Shown in pieces: positions 13,602 to 27,009 of a stretch of DNA of 64,000 bases. The stretch spans positions 147,684,001 to 147,748,000 of the forward strand of contig OX597816.1 of NCBI GenBank assembly GCA_951406725.2, given 5' to 3'. The notes below the pieces were generated by a model, which did no database searches, was not told the DNA's origin, and saw nothing but the letters and a program-made list of their open reading frames with translations. Both the position numbers and the translations under genes were made by a program. Position 1 is the stretch's first letter. Every line of letters starts with the position of its first letter. The DNA comes from Octopus vulgaris (Eukaryota).

Positions 13602-14186
13602 GTGTGTGTTTGAGTGCGTGTGTGCGTGCATCTGTATATGTATGAATGTGTGCGTGGTCGTGTGTTTCTCAACGAATATGTGCTTTTATCTATGTATGAG
13701 TGACTATATGGAGGCATAATGATTGAATTGACAGAGACGTGAGACGTCTTATAATTTATGAATATACAAAATCGACCTCCTTCTTTTCTGAATATTACCT
13801 AGCGATAACTATGCAACCTACATAAATAATTTCCTACAAGGAATCAAAATCGGATTACATTTACATTTGGGAAAATACGATGTCATGAATATTATTAAGA
13901 TGTATCAATTCTGCAGTTAAAAATTTGTATTGAATATGTTAGAAGACAGGTTAGAATCACAAACAAACAATCATATAACGAATACACTGCGTAATCAGTG
14001 GACATAAATCATTCTGTCTCTTTAGAACTGTCAAGATATATCATGATGGTAAATCACTGCATCTGACGGAACATGTTTGTTTCAAAAATATAGTTTTGGT
14101 TAAAGAACAACATATTTTATATTTTGTCGCAAAATTAAGGATGGATAGTATTTTAGAACGTCAATCAGAGAAATAATGGTTTGTAT

Positions 14187-15113
14187 TGTGACGCTGCCGC
14201 AGGAGCCAGGGCATTTCAGTCTCAAACTACATGGCTTAGTTCCTATGGAGTCAAACAAACTGACGATAAATTGCTTGTCTTAGTGATCCGGTCCTAGTAG
14301 TGAACACAATTGAGTTTACGACAGCCTCGCTTGCTAAGTAGTGGAACTAAATATAACACATCTCAATTAGCAACAAGTAATGTTGTACGTAAACTTTAAT
14401 TTAGTCTAGGATGCGAAATTGCATCACAGATTCGTTTTGTTAACGAAAATAAATTTTTCTATAGATAATTACATTTTATTAGGTCATATTGGATTTCAGA
14501 CATTTTATTGAGGTAAGATTTCCGTCAAGTTCATTATTATTATTTTCTTCTTTTTTTTTTGATATGGTCTCGGAACGTTGCTTTTCGTACATGTTCATCG
14601 CTAATCCATTGTTTTTATTTTTATTGACGTTTCCAACGACCTATAATTGTAAAATGCACTTGACCAGTGCTACGGTATGTCAGCAGTCATGTCCTCATTA
14701 TTATTTAACATTGTAATTAGGGCTTTTTTCTAGCTATTGCAAAAAAAGAAAGACATAGACAAAAGAACTTCAGTTATGTACATAATGTACATAATTCCTC
14801 ATCTCTCAAATAGAACAATGGGAATAGACTTACCTAAAACATTTGACGCATAACTTCATTTGAAATTTATAGAATGCCATGTCACTATATCGCATGTCTA
14901 ACTTATGTGTAGGAACATATATGTAACAGTGGAATGTTCTGCTAACTCATTTCTAAACGCGTGGCTGTGTGGTAAGAAGCCGGTTTCCCAACCACATGGT
15001 TCCGGGTTCAGTCTCACCGTGTGGCAACTTGGGCAATTCTCTTCTACTATAGCTTCCGGCCGACCAAAGCATTGTAAATTGATTTCGTTGACGAAAACTG
15101 AAAGAAGCCCGTC

Positions 15114-15154
<41 letters not shown>

Positions 15155-15692
15155 GTGTGTGTATTTGTGTGTCTGTTTACGACAGCCTCGCTTTGATGAC
15201 ATATGCAGGAGTTCAATTTAAGACACGCAAGCTCAAGAACAGAAAATGAGGGAATAGACGAAGATTTAATACACAAAGTGGATGAGTTAATAAGAAGGGG
15301 CATTTTTGTGCAGAAACTAACCACGTCTGGTGATATTTTTATACATTCTGTAGGGCTGTCGTTTGAGTAGACTTGTTAAGAATTAAAATAACCTATAAAT
15401 CCAGGCGACAAAATGAGATGCATAAGGAGGAAGAATATTAATCTAAAAGAACAAATGAAAACTGTATCAGAATCAAATTTTGGATTCAAGGCCTGGGAAA
15501 GATCTGAATGCAGAACGCAGCGCCTTAGCAAAATAGAATTAATGTGTAAAATGGGGAGGCCGTTGCGGAGGAGGAAAAATACCATCTAAAATCGCCTCTT
15601 CACGGTCCCCTTCTAATTTGTCAGGAAACCGATCGTACTGTCAACGTCTAGGATGAAGAAACTCTTGAGTGACATCTGGAGGCGGTGGCACA
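14187..15692 (+). mobile_element. Possible old solo-LTR-like repeat, interrupted by an 842-bp insert; related copy ~21970-22360 (minus)
   Basis: Begins tgtgacgctgcc, ends ggcggtggcaca (imperfect terminal IR, TG..CA); patchy similarity to the reverse complement of 21970-22360; no clean TSD. Confidence 0.3.
14957..15174 (+). mobile_element. tRNA-derived SINE, family B, 3'-truncated
   Basis: gcgtggctgtgtggtaagaagc...ccaaccacatggttccgggttcagtc...ggccgaccaaagc...aactgaaagaagcccgtcg(ta)n. Confidence 0.85.
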
Positions 15693-17010
15693 TTTTTTGT
15701 GGGGCAATAATGATATTGGCAGGCATTGCATTTGATAGAGTTAATCTATATTTTATAAAGAATAACATATCTGAAACGGCAGTGTGATATCAGTATCACG
15801 TTGATAAAAAAAACATGGGTTTATAGTCATGATATAGTTTGCAGTATGACTATGGTCTCTTTTTATTTCATGCACATTAGTATTGTTCGTAAAAGAGCAT
15901 TTCCAATAAGTTTTAGGTTGTAACTATATCAAAATCTCGTCATAGTCACGTAAAACTACTCCAAATGTTGCCGACTTTGGGCAGCCTATAAACGTATGAA
16001 AAAAATAAAGGAAAACACTCAGAAGCGGGTATATGTATAATGTATGTCTTTGTTAACTTGAGAATCGTAATGAAATTACTAACACAACAACATTGAATGA
16101 AGAAAGAATACATAGTACATTTTCATGTTTACAACAAGACTGTAGTGAACTGAAATTCTTAGAATATGAAGGTATGTATCCTCATATAATGATGCATGCA
16201 TACATCTGTACGTGTGTATGTGAATGCATATAGAGACAGAGTATGAAAGGATTAAATATATAGTCAGAAGACAGAAATCGAAATATATCAAAATGTGAAT
16301 ATCAGATTTTGAGAATGTTCATGATATTAAACATGTTATTATTAATATATATCGTCAATTGAAGGCTAAGGAAACTTATATAAATTTTATATTTGATTCT
16401 CAAATGTTATATGACAGAAACAATTCAGTCAGTTTTAAGCTCATTTGTTATATTCCATGTACCTATTTCCCTTCATAAGTGATACAAGTAGAGCGAATAA
16501 TGAATAAGTATGAGGCAAAATCGACTCATATGCCTAATTCCCTTCACTCATTAACATGTAGCTAAAGCGTGAGAAAGTATCAGGCTCTTATATCCACTTA
16601 AATTAGACATTAACTGAATTCAGCACTTTAATCATCCAAGCATGTGCTTTGTTCAGAAATAAAAAAGGACATTATTAGTATTAAATATGGGGTATTTCCA
16701 CAATATATAGAACAAAATGCACATTCAGAAATATATTTTCAAAGACCCAAAGTAGAATGCATCTTCATGAAAAAAATCTCCTGTACACATTTATATATGT
16801 GCGCGCAGATGTCAACACACATGATCACAAACACATGCGCACATGTATATTACATAGGAATATAAATTCATCAAAAGTATTTTTAAAATATGTCAATAGA
16901 TTTCATTGTGTTGCGTTTAAGATGAATGATTATTTTTGGATAAAGCTTTGATGTACGTAAATATACATTCATACACGCGCGGAGATATATATGTATATAT
17001 ATATATATGT

Positions 17011-17059
<49 letters not shown>

Positions 17060-17242
17060 CAAAGAGCGAGAGAGAGAGAGAGACATATACATATATATAT
17101 ATATATCAACATTTTTTAAGCTGATTCATGTAATTTATAATAATTCACATATTTCTAGATATATTTTTCTGTTTCTATCTCTATCAACTTTATCATTTTC
17201 GCTCTTACATACGTTTCGTTTTCACTCTCACTCACTCTTTTA

Positions 17243-17274
<32 letters not shown>

Positions 17275-17554
17275 TACTCTCTTTCTCTCTTTCTTTCTCT
17301 TTTCTATGTCACATTTTTTTTATGAATTTTTCCAAATATTTACATATGATATGTCTCTCTCTTTCTTTCTCTCTCTCTCCCTCTCTTTCTGAATATATAT
17401 ATATATATATATATTTATATACCTAAATTCAATACAGACAAAAGTATACACAATAGACCCAAGCACATACGAACATACAAAATCGCATATGTATGTGTTT
17501 CTCTGTGTCATTGTGTGTTTATAAAACAAATATATTTATATTTATATATATATG

Positions 17555-17588
<34 letters not shown>

Positions 17589-17709
17589 CGTATGTCTATA
17601 TATACGTATATATATATATATATTTATATATATGTATATATATGTATATATACATATATATATATACAGAAGTACACATTATATATATATATATACACAC
17701 ACATATATA

Positions 17710-17758
<49 letters not shown>

Positions 17759-20700
17759 TCGCACACACGCATTTACATTTTACACACTCTCACATGAACG
17801 TATGCATACTTTAGTGTGCGTATTTATGCATCGATATACATGTGTGTGGGGGAGGTGTTTGTGTGTGTGTGTGCATGTGTGTGTGTGTGAATGTGTGTGT
17901 GTGCGTGTGTGTTTTTTATTGCAAAGACATAATCTGAGATACTCCGGTAAACAAACACTGACTAGCTCTTAACCCCATATATACACAAATACACTCCCAA
18001 ATGTTCTGCCACACATACGCGCACATTCTCTCGCACACATACGCTCATAATAACACATACACACACACACACATCGAAACGATTCATTGATGAAATGATA
18101 GATTATATTTTTTTTCCAATAAGGAAATCGTTTTGATTTACATTCTATCTATCATCTAGAATGTTGGGTGTATATTCATTTGGTTTCAAATAGGTCCATA
18201 GAAATTATCAAACAGCATTTAAAAGGAATATATTCGTTTGTTTCTAACTGAGAGATCGAAGCAATCGAGATACATATAAATATATCTATAAATATATGTA
18301 TAAGTATAAATACGCTCACCATATAAATGGGCTCCACATTCGATTATGAATTAAATATTGATTTTATCAAAAGTTCAACGATGCTTAAATATATATTTCG
18401 AATCAATAATTGAATGAAACTGTAATTTGTGATTGTTTTATTTTTGCTCTTTGCTTCTGTGTGTGGTGGGGGTTGTTTTTTAGGTTTTTGTTTTATACAT
18501 TTCTTTAGAAGTGTTTCGACACGACTGAAAAAGATTAATGGAGAAAATATAGCCTGCTATACCATGCAGAGGAAGAACACAGGGTATTGTATTCTAGTTA
18601 TGGCTTATTATCACCAAAATTCAAAAGTGAAATAGCTATATATCAATTTTTGTTCTGATATATGGGTATAGATATCAGTTTATGAACAAAAATAAACGAA
18701 AGTTTGAGAGACAAAAAATATATCCTACAAACATCAATAAATATACAAATACATAATAAATAAATAAATAAAAATTTGCAGGTGGCAGCAAGAATTTTTG
18801 GAATATTATTAAATAGCTGAAACATATTCGAGCTTAAACGGCATATTAGATGTAGAAACGTTGTTGTTTTTTTCCTGTTAATTTTTTTAACGTATTAAAC
18901 TGTAGAGCCAGAAAGCTTTTGTCGTCTCCTTCACATAGAACGTTTCAGATTGATGGTGTATATAATTTTCAGAGCAAAGCTGAAAAAAAATAGAAAACAG
19001 ATTTGAACGAAGCACTGCATTTTAAAGAAACAGCCACGGAGTTTACAGGGATATTGGAGGTTAGTTTTTTTGCACAACGATGCTCATATTTGCAGCTAAG
19101 TAAACTGAGCTGATGAAACTCCCATTTCGGTTATATTTTAGCTCGACACAATGTAAATGCATATTAAAATAGGACTTCTTGAAATTGCCCGCTTTTTGAA
19201 CCATATTGTCCTCATAATATTGATATGGTAACGATATTACTTACCATATCTTTCTTTGAGCTATTTTGAAGGACAGACATACAAAGTAACATATAAAAAC
19301 CACTATTGCCCACGATTTTCTTGACCTGAGTTGTACGGTTGTGTTCGTTATATAGTCTCTGTAGCACGGAATATCTATATAGATGGAAAGTCTCGGCGAG
19401 GGAAAATGCATTACTTCAATGCCTTGTCTTGTACATATGAACGCATTAGGGTGTAACATACAAAATATGGCAAGATAAAAGAAAGAAAATAAGCTCAGCT
19501 GGATTATCCAAATTAATAAGTGACAAGCATTCTCTCCAGAGATGTTTAAAATCCAACAAAATAACAAGCGAGTGTTATAGTTATAAACAATATACAATAT
19601 AAGTGGTATAGTTATATCCAATATAGCCAGTTTATCGAATTTTTTCCCAATATAGGCAACGTCGTTGGAAGTGGATGTATCAGTCACAATCGATAATACA
19701 CAATGAAAATTATTCTCATAAAACGAAGTGATCGAAAATATATCTCCCTTTCTTTTCGCGCTTCTATTTTAAACACATCAATAGGGAAATTATGCCTAAT
19801 ATTTGCATCCCTATTTTAGTTCATTTTCATTTTTCATTTTCATATATCAAATATAAGAGACTTTAATCTATATGTATTTGATATGCAGAAATCTCTGAGC
19901 TACTGTCGTTCATATTCTTAATTAGCGCCACTACATCCCCAATAAATGCATATATATATATATATATATATATATTGAGAGGACTGCGTATACATATATA
20001 CACATGTATATACATATACATGTGTGTGTAAGTGGGCATGTATATTAACGTGTGTGTGTACATGTGGATACACTTATGCATGGATAAGGATAGATAGATA
20101 GAGACAGACAGACAGACAGACAGAGGAAGAGCACTCTATGCATTGCCGACTGCACAGAATATGCTTCACAGTGGATCTTGAACAGTACCGAAATATATTT
20201 TCCAATGTTCTTTATCTTTTCTTTTAAATTGTAAGGTCACTTACAGGAAGTTTTGTCTTCAATTTGCTTGCGAAATCCCAGCTGATTGGATATTTTTCAG
20301 ATCATTATCATCATGTAGTCGAGCTTGCTTGAAAAAGATCAATATATCACTTTTGAAATAACTTGTTTTTCTTTATTAGCAATAAACATAACAGGGGAAA
20401 TTCATATTCAGAAAGGTAATCTACCAATATATTTGTCAAAGAAGAGGATCTGTCATATTGATGTTCATTTTCAGAATATCTGATTCCACACATTGTATGA
20501 AACACGTCTCAACGAGAGAAATGATAAGTCGTCGCCTGACAGGCGAGAAATTGGAGTCAAATCTTCTTCTAATCATAATTGTCCATTTTAAATCGGAGAG
20601 TCACACATGAAACACTATAATAATAGCCATTACAAGCGATGTTAGTCAGAGCTAATTATGTGTTGATTAACGGTTTAGTGCTACTTTATCAGGGCTCACG

Positions 20701-23700
20701 GGAGGCTAAACAGTAGCAACAAATAAATTGATGCATCGACATATATGATACCATTTCGCATTGGAAACCTACAGAAACATGATACGAACCAATCACTCTT
20801 CCACTGTTAGACAACTTTCCTAAGCTATTAGATTGCACGCAAACCAAATTATTCAATACTATTCAAAAGATACCTTTATCAATCTCTTGTGAAAGTGTTT
20901 ACTTTTTGAAATTTTTCACATTGATCATCTCTACCTCACAAATAACTGTTAAATGGTTTCTTTTAGTAGATTTGTATAGATTATAGTGAAATATAATCTA
21001 TTATCATTTGGCTGGCGTGGCACCTTATTTGAAATTTATTCACGAGGTAAAGTGATTGATATTAAGCAGTCTCAGAGCTTAAGCAAATAAAGCATTTATA
21101 TGCTGCATTATATTACTTCGAAAGTTTCTATGTACAGGAATTCTTTAAATAAGAAGCTATGAATAGTGATATCATAGACTAGAAGCAAAAAGAGACGAAG
21201 TATAATAATCTCTCCTTAGTACATTTATATATATTTATGTTTTCAATGTTGTATATTTAATTATATATTATTTTCAATGTTATATATTCAATGTCCATCT
21301 TGTGTCCATGGCGCACAATGAGAGCTAAACTTTCAATTGAATGCGAAGAATAATGTTTGCACCAACTTTTAGATAAATGTGTTGGCAGCTAAATCAATAA
21401 GAATAACTATTAAATATCTCAGTACTTAAGTATACATCACTAACACGCTAAAACATAAGAACTATATGGTATAAGTTTTTCAAAATAGATAGCGACATTT
21501 AAAGAATTCTCTATAACCAAAAGAGTGGTGGGTTTTATTCTACATGTGTAAGTAAAGCACCTTACAATTCAGATGATTTCTCAAGCTAAAGTCACAAATA
21601 TCTATTTGATTTCCTTGTCATTAATCTCTACCAGTCTCGATCTTCTACATGCTGCTGCCCCTGATGCCATACTTGTCCTTTTATCTACAAACACACAAAT
21701 CTACTAATCTGAAATAATGTATATCTGTCCTTCTTTCGCGATTATTCCCATTACACTAGTACTCACACCCTGCAGAAATTACACCGCAGATTAGTAACGA
21801 TTTCCACCGAAATTATGCCTGTAGCACGACAAAATTACATAGTTACATAGTTGCATTTTATTGTTGCAGATGAGTATGTTATCTCGTTCTAAGCAAAATG
21901 TGAACCACTGTAGGTGACTTCAAGAAAATTTTAGTCCTAACATGCCCTGAACAACGGTAATAGCGAGAAATGCCTGTACCGGACAACTAGCTTCATTCTC
22001 ACATCCCTGAATCACTGGACTTGACGGTAAGTTAACCTAAACGACTGAAGATATAAGGAAAAGAAGTGACGACCAGTGTAATGTACGTATTTCACCCTAC
22101 TCTAAGATGGATACCGCCTTCTGTCCTTTGAATCTTGAATCTGGGGTTTCTTCACACAAGCGCCTGAAAATTCAGTCCTTGCATACATTTTAAACATCTA
22201 TACATGCACGATATAGAAGGATAACCACCTCTTCTTAATTTATCAGCTCTTTGACGCGTATTCTTTTCATCCTGTGGAGTGTCAAAAAGTCACCCACCAC
22301 ACTAAGTAGACATACTGGAATGACTGGCGTAGTCAACCACAGCAGCACTTTACAACATGTAGTGGGTTACATGTCTCTGGTATTGCTCACAGGTGAACTT
22401 GAACAAAGCTTCAAATACTACACTTAATGTAATCGACTTTTGGTTCACCCAAGAATACTGTTTAGCATTGAAACTTTGCATGCTCTTCTTTAAAGACGAT
22501 ACAGTTGGCGTTTAGATTAAGATTTCCGATATTTCTCAGAGGTCCATAACGTTGCTTATAGTGTTTCTAAGCATGTCACCATGCCCTTCAACTTACACAG
22601 TCACACCATTCCACTAACTGACTTTGAATCTGGAGTGCTATCGTCAGTCTGAGTTACCCATACAAGGGGAAATATTTGTTCATGCTCACCCTCCTTCCCG
22701 TAACTTCCAGTACCAACCTACAACGCAAACTGTTCCCTTTAACAAGATGTTCTTGGGTCTATTTTGCATGCATGCATATGTCTGATTAACTCTGCCCCGT
22801 ATACTACAGTTAAATTGGCAAAGAGAATGTTTTCGGTCTGTTTTATGTCTGTTGACAAACGTTATTCTCCATTCAGAAATAACAAGAGAAAAATTATAAC
22901 AAAATGGAATATTGTGTGTTAAAAGATGTTTTACATTATTTTGCTACAATCAAATGTTGAACACCCTTATGTTTCTTTACAAATAACAAATTGATACATG
23001 AAACAGTGGTAACACATCCCTAACATTGTTGACAAGGTTCAAAAGCATCACAGTTGTCCATTAACTACTCTTTACTCCTAACTAAAGAATCATTAATTTT
23101 TACCTCGAAGAGATTTCGAGTTGGAAATGTAAATATGTTTCGACAGCAAACACATCATTAAATATAAACAGTAAATCCATTTTATATAATTTCAGATAAT
23201 TTTATCGTAATTAGGTATCCAGTTAACAACTGAGGTCTAACAAATATATGCACAATGAAGCCGTACTTTAGAATTAGAAAAAAATATCAAAACTGAATGT
23301 GCAGGACAACTGAAAACGTTTATCCTGAGGGAGATTGAAGACCAAAAATGAATTAATTGGAATTTTGTTTATCATGTGTGATGATCCAATACAGAAATTA
23401 TCTGCAGGAATCCCGTGTATAGTATAAGGTGATGGCGCAATAGAAGCAAATAATTATTAGTTACTGTAAGATAATATCGCAACAATTTGCCTCAGGAAGT
23501 TTATATGCTGTTATATTCTAACACATGCAGTTAAATGCCTGTAGTTAAATGTAATATCTCTCCATTTTAGTATGATATTATGAAATCATCCCAAATTACA
23601 AAATAATTATACTAAATATTCTACTCAACATGTGGTGCTAAATTCGAAACAATGCTATTCTGCAAATATACAAACGGACGCTAACTTCATATATTTCTCT

Positions 23701-24559
23701 TCACCATATTAATTCGGTAATAAAGTCTATTCTACAAAACCCATATAACGGAAGCTTAATATACTATGAGTGGCAGATTCAATAAGATGTCGAAGTTACA
23801 TCCATTTACATTTCGCTTTCATATAATGTTAAAGGTTAACTATGTCTTATTTTACCGAATTTGATGTAGCTAAAAGTGTCGCATTGGCCCACTGTTAAGA
23901 ATAGATATTAATGTTTCATGATGTTGTCGATATGTGCTTATTACATCATGGACTACATATCTTTTCGGTGATATATTTTTCTTGCTGGAATCAGGAAAAA
24001 TAAAGCAATGCCTCAGCAAATATACAAATCCTAATATTTTCATTATGTACTTTCTTTTCAATGTCACTTTATTAGTAAGGATTTCCATCCGTTCCTTTGA
24101 AATAATACGGATGAAATGATTGAAATATTTGTTCCCCTAATAGCATCATTCTTTACAAGATTCAATGAAATTTCAATATTAAGTTGATCGCCTTGGAACA
24201 ATACTATATACAAAATATAGAATATATATGAAATGATTCCTTGTCGTATTGGTATACAAGGATGAGTTGTTGTTTACAGTTGAATGAAATAATTTTTTGC
24301 ATTGCATCACTATTATTAATCCTTTCATACTTGGATGAACTGGTGTTAGATTCAAGATTATAACAAAGCTATACGAGAAACTGAAGCAATGTTAATTCCC
24401 TTAAGCATACAATGCAACCAATGGATCTGTAATCGATGCAAGATAGCATTCCAGACCCTCCTAAAATAGAAGGCTGTCCAATAGAAATGTGTGTGTGTTT
24501 GCATATGTGCGTGCGTACGTGTATTATCAACCAATCACACCCCTCATAGGAAGAGGTAG

Positions 24560-24870
24560 GTTTCACAAGACATTCCACGTTCCTCCGGCTTGAGCTATGT
24601 TCATGGAATCAGCCGGGCTCTTGTTTCCAGTCGATTCCTTGATGTTATAAATTCACAGACGTCTTCAACGACTTTTTATATTTTTCTTTCCACAACGCTT
24701 GTTATGATGGTTTTGGTCAGTGACTCGTGACGTATTTTATGTCCGAAATATGGTGGCTTTTTGGACTTTATTCTCGATAAGAGGGTTTTTTTTTCCTTCG
24801 TGGAGGGATATTTCAACTTTTCTAATACTGGACCGTTATATATCATGTCTTCCCTACGTATTCGACACAA
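24560..24870 (-). mobile_element. RTE-clade LINE 3' fragment (decayed)
   Basis: [34 protein letters not shown] resembles the RTE ORF C-terminus (RKLxxFGHxxRxxxLxKxIxxGxVEG). Confidence 0.7.
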
Positions 24871-24988
24871 TTGTAAGGACAGGCAATCATGCACAGCAAT
24901 GCATATGTGCGTGTTTGTCTGTGAATCTGTGTCTGTGTGTTCCGGCGAGCTCGCATATGTATGCGTGTGTGTATCTGTGTGTGTGTGT

Positions 24989-25345
<357 letters not shown>

Positions 25346-26004
25346 TATATGTATGTATGTATGAATTTACCAATGTACTTATATATGCATACATATATGC
25401 AGACATTCATATTCATACGTATATATATATATATATAATTACAAAATGCACGTATACATATGTATATTCTTTGTGTTTCAAGGTGTCTGTACTATATATG
25501 TTGCTTATTTTGATATTTATAAGTACTCATACAGCCACCATGTTGATAGAATTTCCGTGGACACTTTCGCTTCGATTCCCGTCAGTTATTTGTATTATTA
25601 ATGAAATACTTTTAGGGTTTGGGTTCCACAGTACCTCCGCTGTATTCCGTAGAAGAATGAGTTCTCAAAATCAGATTTAACCCTTTCCACTACCCGGGCG
25701 TCTAACTTATGTTTTTCCTCGCACCGTTACCACATATTTTTACATACAATGAGAATGTTTGCGAGTTAATGTACGTGTTTTTATAATTAGTACTCCTCCT
25801 GAGTATTGTTGAAAATCTTTGTGCTCCTTTACGTTGAATTTACTACAGATATTCTTCAATATTTCTCCAAACACCTTAGACACTTCAAATTTCACATGCG
25901 AATCACATCTTAATGCTACAAAGAGAAAGCGTCATGCTTAATTTACCATCGTTATGTTAGTTGGTTAGAAGCAGCAAGGTTAAAGGCAGAGTTGGCTGCT
26001 ATTA

Positions 26005-27009
26005 TTAGGTCGTCAAGTATGAAATTTGTTGTAAGGTATATGATAAACTTTGACAGCTGCTCATTTTGCGCCATTATTATATTTTGACAGTCTTTATTTT
26101 TTGTTAGAAAGCTGACACATCTATTGCTCTATTCTAACACATCTTGTGCTTTATTTATAAATCGTTTTTTGCTATTTTTGTTTAGAGATACGTAAGTCGA
26201 AAATTCGTACATTTTTAAAATATAAGTTTTTTCTTGGAAATACAGCATCACAGACAGCTCAGAGTATTTCATTCTAATGTTATTACACAGCAGACAGTAT
26301 CAAATTCGTTTGCAAAATTTCATTCTGGTAATTTTGGCCTCGCAAATGAGAAAAGCGGTCGACAAGAAATAAAGCTACCATCGAGTCAGATCCATCTCAA
26401 AGTGCCCGTGAATTATCGTTGCTGTTTGGTGTTAGCAAGCAAATAATATTGAATAACCTAGTTCAAGTTGGTAAAGTGGAAAATTTAGGTAATTTTTATT
26501 GAACTCAATAAAAATCAGGAGCAGCAAAGTTTGGAAGCCTGCATTGTGCTACTTCCAAACTTCTCGTCACAAAAATGAATGATATTTCAATTGAATTGTA
26601 ATTAGTCAACAGATCCACTCCTATTTTATTGCAAGGCAACGCCAGACCACACATCGCAAAAATGACTTTGGCGAAACTACAGGATTTGGAGTTGGAAGTT
26701 CTCCATCATCCACCATACTCACCTGAACTTGCCCCCATCTGACTACCAATTCTTCCAGAATTTGGATAACTTTTTGATAGGGAAAAAATTAAAATTCCAA
26801 CGATGCTGTCAAACAGGCCTTATAAGATTTGATTGACTCTAGATTGCCATACTTTTACTGTTCCGGGCTGGACGAGCTACCGCTGACAGGGCAAAAGTAT
26901 ATTGATAATATGGGTGCATACTTTGATAAATAAAACTATTCCTTGAATTTATAAAACATTAGCAAATTGTTTTTTTTCTTTTCTATAAATTTCATACTTG
27001 ACGACCTAA
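26005..27009 (+). mobile_element. Internally deleted mariner (DD34D-type) transposon with perfect 23-bp TIRs and TA TSD
   Basis: TIR ttaggtcgtcaagtatgaaattt (26005-26027) / aaatttcatacttgacgacctaa (26987-27009), TA both sides; remnant LLQGNARPH...LHHPPYSPELAP/SDYQFF at ~26620-26780. Confidence 0.93.

Noticed and set aside
19241-19687. 148-aa minus-strand ORF in non-repetitive sequence
   Set aside because: Non-ATG start, no recognisable domain or exon signals; treated as chance pending a BLASTP search
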